Shown here: piece after piece, positions 24,656 to 38,405 of the stretch
Layout of the letters: each line of letters begins with the position of its first letter
Numbering within the stretch: position 1 is the first letter of the stretch
Assembly (NCBI RefSeq): GCF_006345805.1
Contig: NC_042997.1
Span: 159,960,001 to 160,024,000 of the forward strand
DNA length: 64,000 bases
Source: Octopus sinensis
Lineage: Eukaryota
Direction of reading: 5' to 3'
Program-made: the position numbers and the translations under genes
Notes under the pieces: generated by a model
Seen by the model: only the letters and a program-made list of their open reading frames with translations
Database searches by the model: none
What the model was told of the DNA's origin: nothing

Positions 24656-27600
24656 TAGTTTTATTTTCATAGCGTGCTTTCACTTCACTACCGAGCGCAG
24701 CTCTGTGTGCCTTAGGTACGTGCTGTGATTTGTTGTGATACTCTGATAGGAATTGTTTCTGTTTTTAGATTCCACATTCTGGATACCTCTATTTCCAGGT
24801 CTTTGTATTTTGAAAGTTTCTCCATTTCTTTTAGAGACACATGGTATTTACCATGAAGGGGCTTTTCTTGCCATCGTTTTATCATGGTTCGTTGCTGTTC
24901 TATTTTTAGTTTGGATTTCATTTGTTTTATAGCTTTTGTTGTTTCTTCTTCTTCTTCTTCTTCTTCTCATGTTTATTAGGTGGTATGATTTCTTGTTTGT
25001 ATTTGTCAGCTTCCTTAAATACTGAGAACAGTTTTTTGTTTTGCTCGTGTTTTGCCGCTATCTGGATCAGTTTTCCTTCCTTCTGAAGTAGATATTTTTG
25101 CAGTCCTATGGTGGTTATTTTATAGTAGTTTTCCAGCTGTATAAGGCCTCTACCACCTTCTATACGTTGTATATATAGTCTTTCTATGTCAGATTTGGGT
25201 GATGCATCCTAGATCCTGTCATTATTTTTCTTGTTTTCCTATCTATTTTGGTCAGTTCATTTCGTGTCCAATTAAGGATATTGTAGCTGTAACTTATAAC
25301 TGGGACAGCTAAAGTGTTGATACCTATTATCTTGTTTTTAGCATTGAGCTCTGTTTTAGTATTGATCTAACTCGTCTATAATATTCTTTTTTTATTTTCT
25401 CTTTCATTTGTGTGTGTTGTGTCTTATCTAGTTCATGGATTCCTAAGTATTTGTAAGTTTGGCTTTGGTCTAATTCTTTTATTTCATTGGATTTATCTAG
25501 TGTGATGTTGTTACTCTTAACTAGTTTTCCTCTTTTCATGGTTACTTTGGCGCATTTTTCTAATCCAAATTTCATATCTATTTCTTTGGTAAATCCATGA
25601 ACTGTCTTTAATAGTGTTTCCAGCTGTTTGTCATTTGCAGCGTATAGTTTTAGGTTATCCATATATAAAAGGTGGCTGATCGTTTTGCCGTAACATTTAT
25701 ATCCGCATCCAGTTCTATTTAGTATATCAGATAGAGGTGACAATGCCAAGCAGAAAAGGAGTGGAGAGAGCGTGTCTCCCTGGAATATTCCTCTTCTAAT
25801 GGGGATGTCTTTGGTTTTCATGAGTCTCTCTTTTGTTTGGAGGTGTAGGACTGTTTGCCATTTATTCATAGAGTGCTCTATGAATTTTATGATTGTTGGT
25901 GCGACTTTGTTAATGGCTAGTGTTTCGAGGATCCATGTTTGGAGGATGCTATCAAACGCCTTTTTGTAGTCGATCCAGGCCATACTGAGGCCTTTCTTCT
26001 TTCTGTGGCTGTCTTCAGTTATGGCTTTATTAATCATTAGTTGATCTTTACAGCCATATGAGCCTTTGCGGCATCCTTTCTGCTCTTCTGGGAACAGTTT
26101 GTTTTCGTCCAGGTGCTTGTTCAGCCTTTCCGATATCACTGCAGTAAATGCCTTGAACATAGTAGGGAGGCAGGTTATTGGTCTGTAGTTTTCTGGTTTT
26201 GCTGTTTCATTTGATTTGGGAATTAAGATGGTTTTCCCCTTCGTGAGCCATTCAGACATTGTCTCTGGCTTTGCTAGTATGTTGTTAAAGTTTTCAGCCA
26301 GCTTTTTGTGCATTCCTGTTAGATATTTCAACCAGAAGTTGGGGATCTTGTCATGCCCAGGTGCCTTCCAGTTGCTTAGTCTTTGCAGTGCCTGGGTGAC
26401 CTCTTCAGTTGTTATGGGGTCCAAAGTTGTTCAGATGCCGAGTTTGTTATTTTGATACTCCTTTTTTTTGGTTGTTCGTTCGCCGACCATATTTCTCCCC
26501 AGAATTCTTCCAATTCTTCTGCCGTTGGTGCTGCAGTGACTTCTATTTTATTTTTGCCCAGTTCTTGGTAGAACTTTTTGGCGTTGGAGTTGAACTTTTT
26601 GTTTTGTTCAAAGAAGCGTTGGTGTTTCTCGTACCGGCGGATCCTTTGTGCTTTGGCAAGGATATCTTGCTTCAGCTTTTCTTTTATCTCCGGCATATCT
26701 TGCTCTGTGATGTTATATTTGCGGAGTATTTTTGTTCTCTTTTTGTTGCTCAGTAGCGTTGATTCTTTGCTGATTTCATTAAGAATCGACAGGTCGTTTC
26801 GAATTTTTTTTTACTTTGTTTTGGATGTTATTTATCCACAGGGTTTGTTTGGGTGGAGGTACTCCTGTTTGGGCGGGTTTGGGTGAGTATCCAGCTTCTT
26901 TTGTGGCTGCAGTGGCTGCTGCGTATATTAAGTCATTTAGCTCATTGATATCACTTTTTTTTGTTTCAGTGGCTATTAGTTCAGTGACGGCTAGGTTTAT
27001 GCTGTTTATAATTGGTGTTGTTATTTCGTTTATTTTGATTCTTGGGAGGTATGGTCGGTGCTCCATTTTGAGCTCTGTGGTTTTCAGTTCTTTGATTATT
27101 TTATTTTTTATATTATCATAATCATTAGGCTCCCCTTCGTTGTTTACATCGTGTTTGTTGGGAATGTTGCGTTTGTCTTCGTGTTTTACAGTTTCAGTGT
27201 TTATATTATTGGGCATTGTTGTGTGGCTTCTATCTACATTTTCCTGGTGTATTTTTTCTTTTAAATGTTCTATTTCTATTTCTGATATTTTTTTGTGTTG
27301 AGAATGCATCTTCGTACGTTAGCTAATTTATTAGGGTTCATTGCTGCATCCAAGTCTATATCTCTATTATTTTCCTTTCATATTTTATATTTATGTGTTG
27401 TTGTATTTTCATTTTTTGGGTAGAGCACTGCTGTGAATTATGCGTGTAAGATAGAAATGTATTCCTCACGTCCATTTACGTCTTTTGGGTTTTATTTGCG
27501 GGACATGAGGTACAACGTCCGGCCCATTATTTTGACGGTCGTCATTTTCGTAGGGTACCGGTCCGTTTAAATCTGTTGTCACATTATTTCGCACGTGTAG

Positions 27601-28042
27601 TTTTTCGTACATTTTTTGTTGTAAGTTTAATGTACGTACAGCTCGATTGTTATTCTTGGGTTGAATATTATCGGTGGCATTTAATTTCTTCGTAGTTCCT
27701 TTGTACATGGTGTTTGGGGTCGGGGATGATCGTGATGTTCCACGCATGTTTACATGTGTTGTGTTAGAGGTGGAGATGATATCGAGTCAAAATACATCAT
27801 TTCGTTTCGAAAATAGTAATAAATTTCAATTAGTATTACTTACTCGGATACAGTCCAATTCTTTGTTAGTAAATCTTTGGCTCCATAGGATGTCCTTGTT
27901 TTCGATGTTTGTGGATAGATTTTGGAGCTCTGTATTTTCCTTCTTACATCTTAAACGTCCCCCGGTGTTACATCTTAAACGTCCCCCGGTGTTCACTTCT
28001 TAAACGTCCCCCGGTGTTCACATCTTAAAGTCCTCCGGTGTT
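24653..28042 (-). mobile_element. Dong/R4 family A, full-length extent, with internal deletions and frameshifts
   Basis: Myb-like KRRKWT and an RT ORF at 25327-26424 (NYRPITCLP, DYKKAFDS, GIFQGDTLSPLLF, YMDNLKL). Two deletions near 24755 and 24840 remove the zinc knuckle and most of the RLE. Four 24-bp repeats at the 5' end, (AAT)n on both sides. Confidence 0.95.
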
Positions 28043-28066
28043 ATTATTATTATTATTATTATTATG

Positions 28067-28175
<109 letters not shown>

Positions 28176-28197
28176 GTTATTATTATTATCATTATTA

Positions 28198-28728
28198 TTA
28201 TTATAAAAGATCAGACAAAAAAGATGTTAAATGCAAATACACCGGATATTATTATAAAAGAGCAGACAAAAAAGATGTTAAAAGCTAATAAACCGGATAT
28301 TATTATAAACGATCAGACAAAAAGATGTGTTTATTAATTGACATGAGTATTCCTTGCGATCACAATATGGCGGCGAAAGAATTTGACAAGATTAGTAAAT
28401 ATAAAGACTTGCTAATAGAAATTGAGAAAATGTGGCATCTCAAGGCGACTACAGTACCAGTGATTGTAGGATCTCTAGGAATGATAAAAAAAGGTGCTGA
28501 AACCTATTTGAAAATGATTCCAGGCTTACCATCCCTACAGGAAGTGCAAAAAATCGTATTAACTGGAACGGCTTATGTACTGGGAAGAGCATTATCGCTG
28601 TGAAAACAACATCCATCCATGAATCTATTTATTTATTAATTTTTAGATTCAGATGAGCTTCTCTGCCTGCTAGGTGTATGGAAAGCACTCGGCGAGAAAC
28701 GGAAAATTTGAAGAAAGAAGGAAAAAAC

Positions 28729-28730
<2 letters not shown>
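28198..28730 (+). mobile_element. R4-type family F 3' fragment with ~51-bp reiterations at its 5' end
   Basis: NKPDIII...MCLLIDMSIPCD...KISKYKDL...GTAYVLGRALSL (28325-28603), then a 3' UTR and (AAT)n. Confidence 0.85.
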
Positions 28731-28780
<50 letters not shown>

Positions 28781-28782
<2 letters not shown>

Positions 28783-29290
28783 GACGCCCTGATGCAGTAA
28801 CAGACATTGGTTCTCGTGACTTCTAATCTTAACTGATTGGAAGTGTTATCATGTACATTGTTTTGTCTTGGTATAAAAGATGGGCTACAGCAAAATTTCT
28901 GCTCAACACCACGGATTTGCTTATCAGTTGTTTGACCTTAACCAGTTGAGCATGTTCCTTAATGGCTGACGATATGTGCATCTCTGATCACGAGCAGAAG
29001 TAGTGGGGGAGCATCATAGCCATGTGTTGAGAGGGATTCTTTGGGTTTTGAATAATTCAACTCTGGAAACATGGGTGTTTCGTTCAACATCCTTAAACAA
29101 CTCTTATTCAGGGACCTTTAGAGTGGGATGTGCTAGTCGGTCAGAAACATTTCTAACTGGGACCCACCTGCAAGGTCATATGCTGTTTATCTTGATATGA
29201 GATCACCATCTCGTGCACATATGGTTGTGATGCATGTGTCTCGGTTAGTCATGATGGGTATACTGGGCTTCGTACGTTTTACCCCAGTAA
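28781..29290 (+). mobile_element. ~550-bp AAT-associated element, 3' end clipped
   Basis: Colinear with 19772-20332. Confidence 0.8.
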
Positions 29291-29299
29291 AAAATAAAT

Positions 29300-31610
29300 A
29301 ATGATAGGACCACCTTTTGACAGACAAGGTTATAAGGAAGAAGTGTAAACAGTACCAAAAAAAAAAAAACTTATGCATAGACAGACTTCAAAAATGCTTA
29401 CGACATGTTGCCGCGTTCTTGGATTTTAGAAACACTTGTCATGAATGGAATAGCTGAGAACGTGTGTGCGCTGATTAAGAACAGCATGCTTAGTTGGAAA
29501 CCACATCTTTCCTGTAAAAACCACCACTTAGCAGATGAAACAATCAAGAGAGACTTTTTTCCAAAGAGACTCATATTCACCTCTGTTATATGTTATAGCC
29601 TTGGTCCCACTTTCTGTAGACCAACGCAAAGTCAGCGTGCACTAGTCAACGCAAAGTCAACGAGCCGAGAATGAATTCACCTCATCTCAACATTCTCTTC
29701 ATGGATGATTTAAAACTGTTCGCAAAAGCAGAAACTGAAATGGAGAGGTTGGTTGAGACTGTGCAAATGTGAAGCAAGGATATAGGAACGGAATTCGGTA
29801 TCTTGAAGTGTTTGCGGGGCTTGGTTCGAAGGGGCATAAAATTGCCAAACAGTGAGGGAATGGACGACTCGGTTGATAATGGGTACAAGTACCCTGGGAT
29901 CCTGACGCTGGACAATATCTTGCACAGAGAAATAAAGAGGAGGTCATCACTTCATATTTCAAGCGCCTCAAACTTCTCTTGAAATCAAATTTCAAATCAA
30001 CGAACCTTGGAACTGCCATCAACATATAAGCTGTTGCTATAGTCCGCTATAATGCACCCATTCTGAAGTGGACACAAGTGGAGATTAACCAACTCGATCG
30101 CATTGCATGAAAGACAATGACAATGTTTGGCGCACTTCACCCTAAGGCGAATAGGTTCTAAGGATCTATATGAAGTGGGGTACATAAAGGTGAACGTGGG
30201 CTGATTAGCGTACGGGTGTGCATCAACAGTGAAAGAAGAAACATGGGAGAATATTTGGTAAACAGCAAAAAAGACTTGCTACAATTTGCAGCTCAAGCAG
30301 AAGGATTTAACAAAAATAGACTTGAGAGTGCTCATAAATTCCCATCAAGAACAGCCAATGAGAGAGAAGAAACCGTACTCCGCATGGAATTACAAGGTCC
30401 GTTCCACCGTGAAACCAACGACTGAAAAGATCAAGAAGCATCATGAAGGTGGCTCCGGAAGGATGACCTAAAAAAGAACATATTTCTTTACTGCCCAGAA
30501 GGGGCTAAACACAGAGGGGACAAACAAGGACAGACAAACGGATTAAGTCGATTATATCGACCACAGTGCGTAACCGGTACTTATTTCATCGACCCCGAAA
30601 GGATGAATGGCAAAGTCGACCTCGGCGGAACTTGAACTCAGAACGTAGCGGCAGACGAAATACCTACTTCTTTACTACCCACAAGGGGCTAAACACAGAG
30701 AGGCACACAAGGGCAGACAAACGGATTAAGTCGATTATATCGCCCCCAGTGCATAACTGGTACTTATTTAATCGACATCGAAAGGATGAAAGGCAAAGTC
30801 GACCTCGGCGGAATTTGAACTCAGAACGTAGCGGCAGACGAAATACCACTAAGTATTTCACCCGGCGTGCTAACATTTCTGCCAGCTCGCTCGACCTAAA
30901 AAAGAATACCGAAAACCTAATCATCGCTGACCAGGACTAGTCATTGAATACCAACTCAGAGAAAAAGAATATATATCACGAAAGAGCAACATAACTCCTC
31001 AGAATGTATGGAAAGAGAGTCGAAAGCGTGACTCACATTGTTAGTGGTTGTGAAAGTGTTGCACAGAAAGAGTACAAGCACAGACACGACAAGGTAGCTC
31101 AAAACCTCCATTGGCTACTATGCCGTAACTATGGATATGAGGTTACGGGTGCTTGGTACCAACATACACTGGAAAAGGTAATGTTTAAAAAAGGGAAAGC
31201 AAAAATCCGCTGGAACTTTAACTTCCAGACAGACAAGATGTTAGATCTCCGACGGCTGGATGTAGTACCTTTAGAAGGGACAAACAAAAGTGCCTAATAA
31301 TTGATGTGGCAGTACCAGAAGATAAACATATCATCATGAAAGAAGTAGCAAAAGTTGATAAATATGGAGACCTGAGAAGTGAGATCGCTAAGATGTGGCA
31401 GCTGCAAAAGACAAACATAAATGTTATTCTTATTGACATCTGAGTATTTGGTCTCACCGCCATCCAATCTGAAATAAATATCAGAAAAATTAAGAAATAT
31501 CCTACAATCTAGAGGTCCTTATTACTTGACAAACAGTACAAACACCCGGTAGACACAATATCTTCAATCAGCAACCTCACGATATTATATAATGTGCGAC
31601 GTCTATAACA
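29300..31610 (+). mobile_element. Decayed R4-type family E element, interrupted by a SINE dimer
   Basis: Reads HLNILFMDDLKLFAK (29680-29730), ESVTHIVSGCESVAQKEYKHRHDKVA (31004-31297) and a degenerate RLE. Ends in an AAT-rich tail. Confidence 0.8.
30479..30892 (-). mobile_element. tRNA-derived SINE dimer (full monomer plus head-truncated monomer) with a 14-bp TSD
   Basis: A-box-like TGGCAGAAATG, B-box GAGTTCAAATTCC, and central GAGGTCGACTTTGCCTTTCATCCTTTCG. GACCTAAAAAAGAA occurs at both 30465-30478 and 30893-30906. Confidence 0.85.
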
Positions 31611-31640
31611 ATAGTAATAATAATAAAAATAATAATAATA

Positions 31641-32189
31641 GATGCAGTACCAGGCAGTGGCTCTCATGGCTTCTGATCTTAACTGATTGGAAGTGTTATC
31701 ATGTACATTGCTTTGTCTTGGTATAAAAGATGGGCTACATCAAATAGTCTGCTCAATGCCACAGATTTGCTTGTCAGTTGTTTGACCTTAACCAGTTGAG
31801 CATTTCCCTTAGTGGCTGACGATATGTGCATCTCTGATCACGAGCAGAAGTAGTGGGGGAGCATCATAGCCATGTGTTGAGAAGGATTCTTTGGGGTTTG
31901 AATAATTCACCTCTGGAAACATGGGTGTTTCGTTCAACGTCCTTAAACAACCCTTATTCAGGGACCTTTTGAGCGGGATGGGTTACTCGATCTGAATAAA
32001 ATTCTAACTGGGACCCACCTGCAAGGTCATATGCTGTTTATCTTGATATGAGATCACCATGTCGCGCACATATGGTTGTGATGCATGTGCCTGGTGTACC
32101 TTTATCAGACGGGTAGTCATGATGGGTATACTGGGCGTCGTATATTTCACCCCAGTGTCACTTTGATGGCATGAACTGCTCTCTCACTC
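31641..32189 (+). mobile_element. ~550-bp AAT-associated element
   Basis: Colinear with 19772-20332, with AAT repeats on both sides. Confidence 0.85.
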
Positions 32190-32210
32190 AATAATAATAA
32201 TAATAATAAT

Positions 32211-33225
32211 ACAGACAAGAAATCATACAAGAAATACAAACAAGAAATCATACCAACTAATAAACATGAAGAAGAAGAAGAAGATGATGAAGAAACAACA
32301 AAAGCTATAAAACAAATGAAATCCAAACTAAAAATAGAACAGCAACGAACCATGATAAAACGATGGCAAGAAAAGCCCCTTCATGGTAAATACTCCACTA
32401 AACTAAAGGCAAAAGAAATAGACAAAGAAAAATCCCAGCAATGGTTGAGAAGCTCAGGACTCTAAGCAGAAACAGAGGGATTTTTAATTGCAGCACAAGA
32501 CCAAAGCCTCCCCACCAGAAATTACCAAAAACATGTGATGAAAAGAAATATTACAAGTAACTGCAGAATATGTGGAGATGGACAAGAAACAATAAATCAT
32601 ATTATCTCTAGCTGCCCAGTCTTGGCTAAGAAGGAATATATTCACAGACATGACAGAGTTGGAACCTACATACATTGGAAGCTATGCCAACATTATGGAA
32701 TAACAACAGAAAAAAGATGGTATAGGCACACACCAGAAAAGGTCACAGAAAACGAGAAAGCAACCATACTCTGGGATATGCCGATACACACAGATAGAGA
32801 AATTAAGGCCAACAGACCAGATATAGTTGTCAGAGATCATGAAGAAAAAAAATGCTTTCTAATTGATGTATCAATACCGGCTGATGACAACGTGTCTCTA
32901 AAAGAAATGGAGAAACTCTCCAAATACAAAGACCTGGAAATAGAGGTAACTAGAATGTGGAATCTGAAAACAGAAACAATTCCTATCATAGTAGGTGCAT
33001 TAGGCATGATAAAAAAATATTCAGACAAATACATAACAAAAACACCAGGACTTACAAACACATATAACATACAGAAAATTGCACTACTAGGCACTGCACA
33101 CATCCTACGCAGAACACTTTCCATACAATAACCATCAGAGAATCACAACAAATCACAGCACATACCCAAGGCACACCGAGATGTGCTCGGTAGTGAAGTG
33201 AAAGCACGCTATAAAGATAAAACTA

Positions 33226-33228
<3 letters not shown>
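32211..33228 (+). mobile_element. Dong/R4 family A, 5'-truncated (array unit 1)
   Basis: CRICGDGQETINHIISSC, HRHDRV and RPDIVV..LIDVSIP..KYKDL (32535-33131). Nonsense TAA at 32463-32465. Confidence 0.95.
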
Positions 33229-33293
<65 letters not shown>

Positions 33294-33475
33294 TGATGAC
33301 GATAATGATGATGATGATAATAATAAAAACAATAATAATAATAATAATAATAACAATAATAAAAATAAAATTAATAATAATAATGATGATGATGATGATG
33401 ATGATAATGATGATAATAATAAAAACAATAATAATAATAATAACAATAATAAAAATTAAAATAATAATAATAATG

Positions 33476-33531
<56 letters not shown>
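33229..33531 (+). repeat. Compound AAT/GAT/AAC microsatellite spacer, duplicated at 35687-35978
   Basis: Both spacers show the same order of interruptions (GATGATGACGAT...AAAAAC...AACAAT...AAAATTAAA). Confidence 0.9.
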
Positions 33532-33533
<2 letters not shown>

Positions 33534-35686
33534 AATGTTCAAGGTATTTACTGCAGTGATAGCGCAAAGGTTGAACAAGCACCTGGACGAAAACAAACTG
33601 TTCCCAGAAGAGCAGGAAGGATACCGCAAAGGCTCATATGGCTGTAAAGATCAACTAATGATTAATAAAGCCATAACTGAAGACAGCCACAGAAAGAAGA
33701 AAGGCCTCAGTATGGCCTGGATCGACTACAAAAAGGCGTTTGATAGCATCCCCCACACATGGATCCTCGAAACACTAGCAATTAACAAAGTCGCAGCAAC
33801 AATCATAAAATTCATAGGACACTATGAATAAATGGCAAACAGTGCTACAGCTCCAAACAAAAGAGGGACTCATGAAAACCAAAGACATCCCCATTAAAAG
33901 AGGAATATTCCAGGGAGACACGCTCTCTCCACTCCTTTTCTGCTTGGCACTGTCACCTCTATCTGATATGCTAAATAGAACTGGATGCCGATATAAATGT
34001 TACGGCAAAACGATCAGCCACCTTTTATATATGGATGACCTAAAACTATACGCTGCAAATGACAAACAACTGGAAACACTTTTAAAGACAGTTCATGGAT
34101 TTACCAAAGAAATAGATATGAAATTTGGATTAGAAAAATGCGCCAAAGTAACCATGAAAAGAGGAAAACTAGTTAAGAGAAGCAACATCACACTAGATAA
34201 GACCAATGAAATAAAAGAATTAGACCAAAGCCAAACTTACAAATACTTAGGAATCCATGAACTAGATAAGACACAACACACACAAATGAAAGAGAAAATA
34301 AAAAAAGAATATTATAGACGAGTTAGATCAATACTAAAAACAGAGCTCAATGCTAAAAACAAGATAATAAGTATAAACACTTTAGCTGTCCCAGTTATAA
34401 GTTACAGCTACAATATCCTTAACTGGACACGAAATGAACTGACCAAAATAGATAGGAAAACAAGAAAAATACTGACAGGATCTAGGATGCATCACCCAAA
34501 ATCTGACATAGAAAGACTATATATACAACGTATAGAAGGTGGTAGAGGCCTTATACAGCTGGAAAACTACTATAAAATAACCACCATAGGACTGCAAAAA
34601 TACCTACTTCAGAAGGAAGGAAAACTGGTCCAGATAGCAGCAAAACACGAGCAAAACAAAAAACTGTTCTCAGTATTTAAGGAAGCTGACAAATACAAAC
34701 AAGAAATCATACCACCTAATAAACACAAAGAAGAAGAAGAAGATGATGAAGAAACAACAAAAGCTATAAAACAAATGAAATCCAAACTAAAAATAGAACA
34801 GCAACGAGCCATGATAAAACGATGGCAAGAAAAGCCCCTTCATGGTAAATACTGGACTAAACTAAACGCAAAAGAAATAGACAAAGAAAAATCCCAGCAA
34901 TGGTTGAGAAGCTCAGGACTCTAAGCAGAAACAGAGGGATTTTTAATTGCAGCACAAGACCAAAGCCTCCCCACCAGAAATTACCAAAGACATGTAATGA
35001 AAAGAAATATTACATGTAACTGCAGAATATGTGGAGATGGACAAGAAACAATAAATCATATTATCTCTAGCTGCCCAGTCCTGGCTAAGAAGGAATATAT
35101 TCACAGACATGACAGAGTTGGAACCTACATACATTGGAAGCTATGCCAACATTATGGAATAACAACAGAAAAAAGATGGTATAGGCAGACACCAGAAAAG
35201 GTCACAGAAAACGAGAAAGCAACCATACTCTGGGATATGCCGATACACACAGATAGAGAAATTAAGGCCAACAGACCAGATATAGTTGTCAGAGATCATG
35301 AAGAAAAAAAATGCTTTCTAATTGATGTATCAATACCGGCTGATGACAACGTGTCTCGAAAAGAAATGGAGAAACTCTCAAAATACAAAGACCTGGAAAT
35401 AGAGGTAACTAGAATGTGGAATCTGAAAACAGAAACAATTCCTATCATAGTAGGTGCATTAGGGATGATAAAAAAATATTCAGACAAATACATAACAAAA
35501 CACCAGGACTTACAAACACATATAACATACAGAAAATTGCACTACTAGGCACTGCACACATCCTACGCAGAACACTTTCCATACAATAACCATCAGAGCA
35601 TCACAACAAATCACAGCACATACCCAAGGCACACCGAGATGTGCTCGGTAGTGAAGTGAAAGCACGCTATAAAAATAAAACTACTG
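33532..35686 (+). mobile_element. Dong/R4 family A, 5'-truncated (array unit 2)
   Basis: RT ORFs 33535-33831 and 33824-34924 with a frameshift, TAA at 34922, then the RLE segment 34997-35548. Confidence 0.95.
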
Positions 35687-35689
35687 AAT

Positions 35690-35757
<68 letters not shown>

Positions 35758-35939
35758 TGATGATGACGATGATGATGATGATGATAATAATAAAAACAAT
35801 AATAATAATAATAATAATAACAATAATAAAAATAAAAATAATAATAATAATGATGATGATGATGATGATAATGATGATAATAATAAAAACAATAATAATA
35901 ATAATAACAATAATAAAAATTAAAATAATAATAATAATG

Positions 35940-35977
<38 letters not shown>

Positions 35978-35979
<2 letters not shown>

Positions 35980-38133
35980 AATGTTCAAGGTATTTACTGC
36001 AGTGATAGCGCAAAGGTTGAACAAGCACCTGGACGAAAACAAACTGTTCCCAGAAGAGCAGGAAGGATACCGCAAAGGCTCATATGGCTGTAAAGATCAA
36101 CTAATGATTAATAAAGCCATAACTGAAGACAGCCACAGAAAGAAGAAAGGCCTCAGTATGGCCTGGATCGACTACAAAAAGGCGTTTGATAGCATCCCCC
36201 ACACATGGATCCTCGAAACACTAGCAATTAACAAAGTCGCAGCAACAATCATAAAATTCATAGGACACTATGAATAAATGGCAAACAGTGCTACAGCTCC
36301 AAACAAAAGAGGGACTCATGAAAACCAAAGACATCCCCATTAAAAGAGGAATATTCCAGGGAGACACGCTCTCTCCACTCCTTTTCTGCTTGGCACTGTC
36401 ACCTCTATCTGATATGCTAAATAGAACTGGATGCCGATATAAATGTTACGGCAAAACGATCAGCCACCTTTTATATATGGATGACCTAAAACTATACGCT
36501 GCAAATGACAAACAACTGGAAACACTTTTAAAGACAGTTCATGGATTTACCAAAGAAATAGATATGAAATTTGGATTAGAAAAATGCGCCAAAGTAACCA
36601 TGAAAAGAGGAAAACTAGTTAAGAGAAGCAACATCACACTAGATAAGACCAATGAAATAAAAGAATTAGACCAAAGCCAAACTTACAAATACTTAGGAAT
36701 CCATGAACTAGATAAGACACAACACACACAAATGAAAGAGAAAATAAAAAAAGAATATTATAGACGAGTTAGATCAATACTAAAAACAGAGCTCAATGCT
36801 AAAAACAAGATAATAAGTATAAACACTTTAGCTGTCCCAGTTATAAGTTACAGCTACAATATCCTTAACTGGACACGAAATGAACTGTCCAAAATAGATA
36901 GGAAAACAAGAAAAATACTGACAGGATCTAGGATGCATCACCCAAAATCTGACATAGAAAGACTATATATACAACGTATAGAAGGTGGTAGAGGCCTTAT
37001 ACAGCTGGAAAACTACTATAAAATAACCACCATAGGACTGCAAAAATACCTACTTCAGAAGGAAGGAAAACTGGTCCAGATAGCAGCAAAACACGAGCAA
37101 AACAAAAAACTGTTCTCAGTATTTAAGGAAGCTGACAAATACAAACAAGAAATCATACCACCTAATAAACACAAAGAAGAAGAAGAAGATGATGAAGAAA
37201 CAACAAAAGCTATAAAACAAATGAAATCCAAACTAAAAATAGAACAGCAACGAGCCATGATAAAACGATGGCAAGAAAAGCCCCTTCATGGTAAATACTG
37301 CACTAAACTAAACGCAAAAGAAATAGACAAAGAAAAATCCCAGCAATGGTTGAGAAGCTCAGGACTCTAAGCAGAAACAGAGGGATTTTTAATTGCAGCA
37401 CAAGACCAAAGCCTCCCCACCAGAAATTACCAAAAACATGTAATGAAAAGAAATATTACATGTAACTGCAGAATATGTGGAGATGGACAAGAAACAATAA
37501 ATCATATTATCTCTAGCTGCCCAGTCCTGGCTAAGAAGGAATATATTCACAGACATGACAGAGTTGGAACCTACATACATTGGAAGCTATGCCAACATTA
37601 TGGAATAACAACAGAAAAAAGATGGTATAGGCACACACCAGAAAAGGTCACAGAAAACGAGAAAGCAACCATACTCTGGGATATGCCGATACACACAGAT
37701 AGAGAAATTAAGGCCAACAGACCAGATACAGTTGTCAGAGATCATGAAGAAAAAAAATGCTTTCTAATTGATGTATCAATACCGGCTGATGACAACGTGT
37801 CTCTAAAAGAAATGGAGAAACTCTCAGAATACAAAGACCTGGAAATAGAGATAACTAGAATGTGGAACCTGAAAACAGAAACAATTCCTATCATAGTAGG
37901 TGCATTAGGCATGATAAAAAAATATTCAGACAAATACATAACAAAAACACCAGGACTTACAAACACATATAACATACAGAAAATTGCACTACTAGGCACT
38001 GCACACATCCTACGCAGAACACTTTCCATACAATAACCATCAGAGCATCACAACAAATCACAGCACATACCCAGGGCACACAGAGCTGCGCTCGGTAGTG
38101 AAGTGAAAGCACGCTATAAAAATAAAACTACTG
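35978..38133 (+). mobile_element. Dong/R4 family A, 5'-truncated (array unit 3)
   Basis: Same truncation point, frameshift and TAA (37368) as unit 2, offset by exactly 2446 bp at three ORF starts. Confidence 0.95.
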
Positions 38134-38154
38134 AATAATAATAATAATAACAAC

Positions 38155-38368
38155 ACATACACGCAAAGGAAACGCGTGTCACAAATGAAACAGAATAAAA
38201 TAATTTGGCAATCCTTCGGTTTAACTCGACAAAACGATAACAAGACCTCGGTTGTTTCCGTGACAACTCGGACAACTCCCTTCGGATATCTTCGTGACCT
38301 CTCTGACCGCTACTAAAATGGAAGAGAAGAAAGCTAATGGGTTGTGTATTCGTGCTTGTTCTTGTCTC

Positions 38369-38405
<37 letters not shown>

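Noticed and set aside
27946-28042. Four ~24-bp direct repeats resembling a CRISPR array
   Set aside because: The repeats are contiguous with no spacers, there are no cas genes, the context is eukaryotic, and they are the reiterated 5' tip of a retrotransposon.
31790-31860. Possible hammerhead ribozyme in the 550-bp element (CTGACGA)
   Set aside because: I could find no stem II followed by GAAA and no stem I/III pairing.
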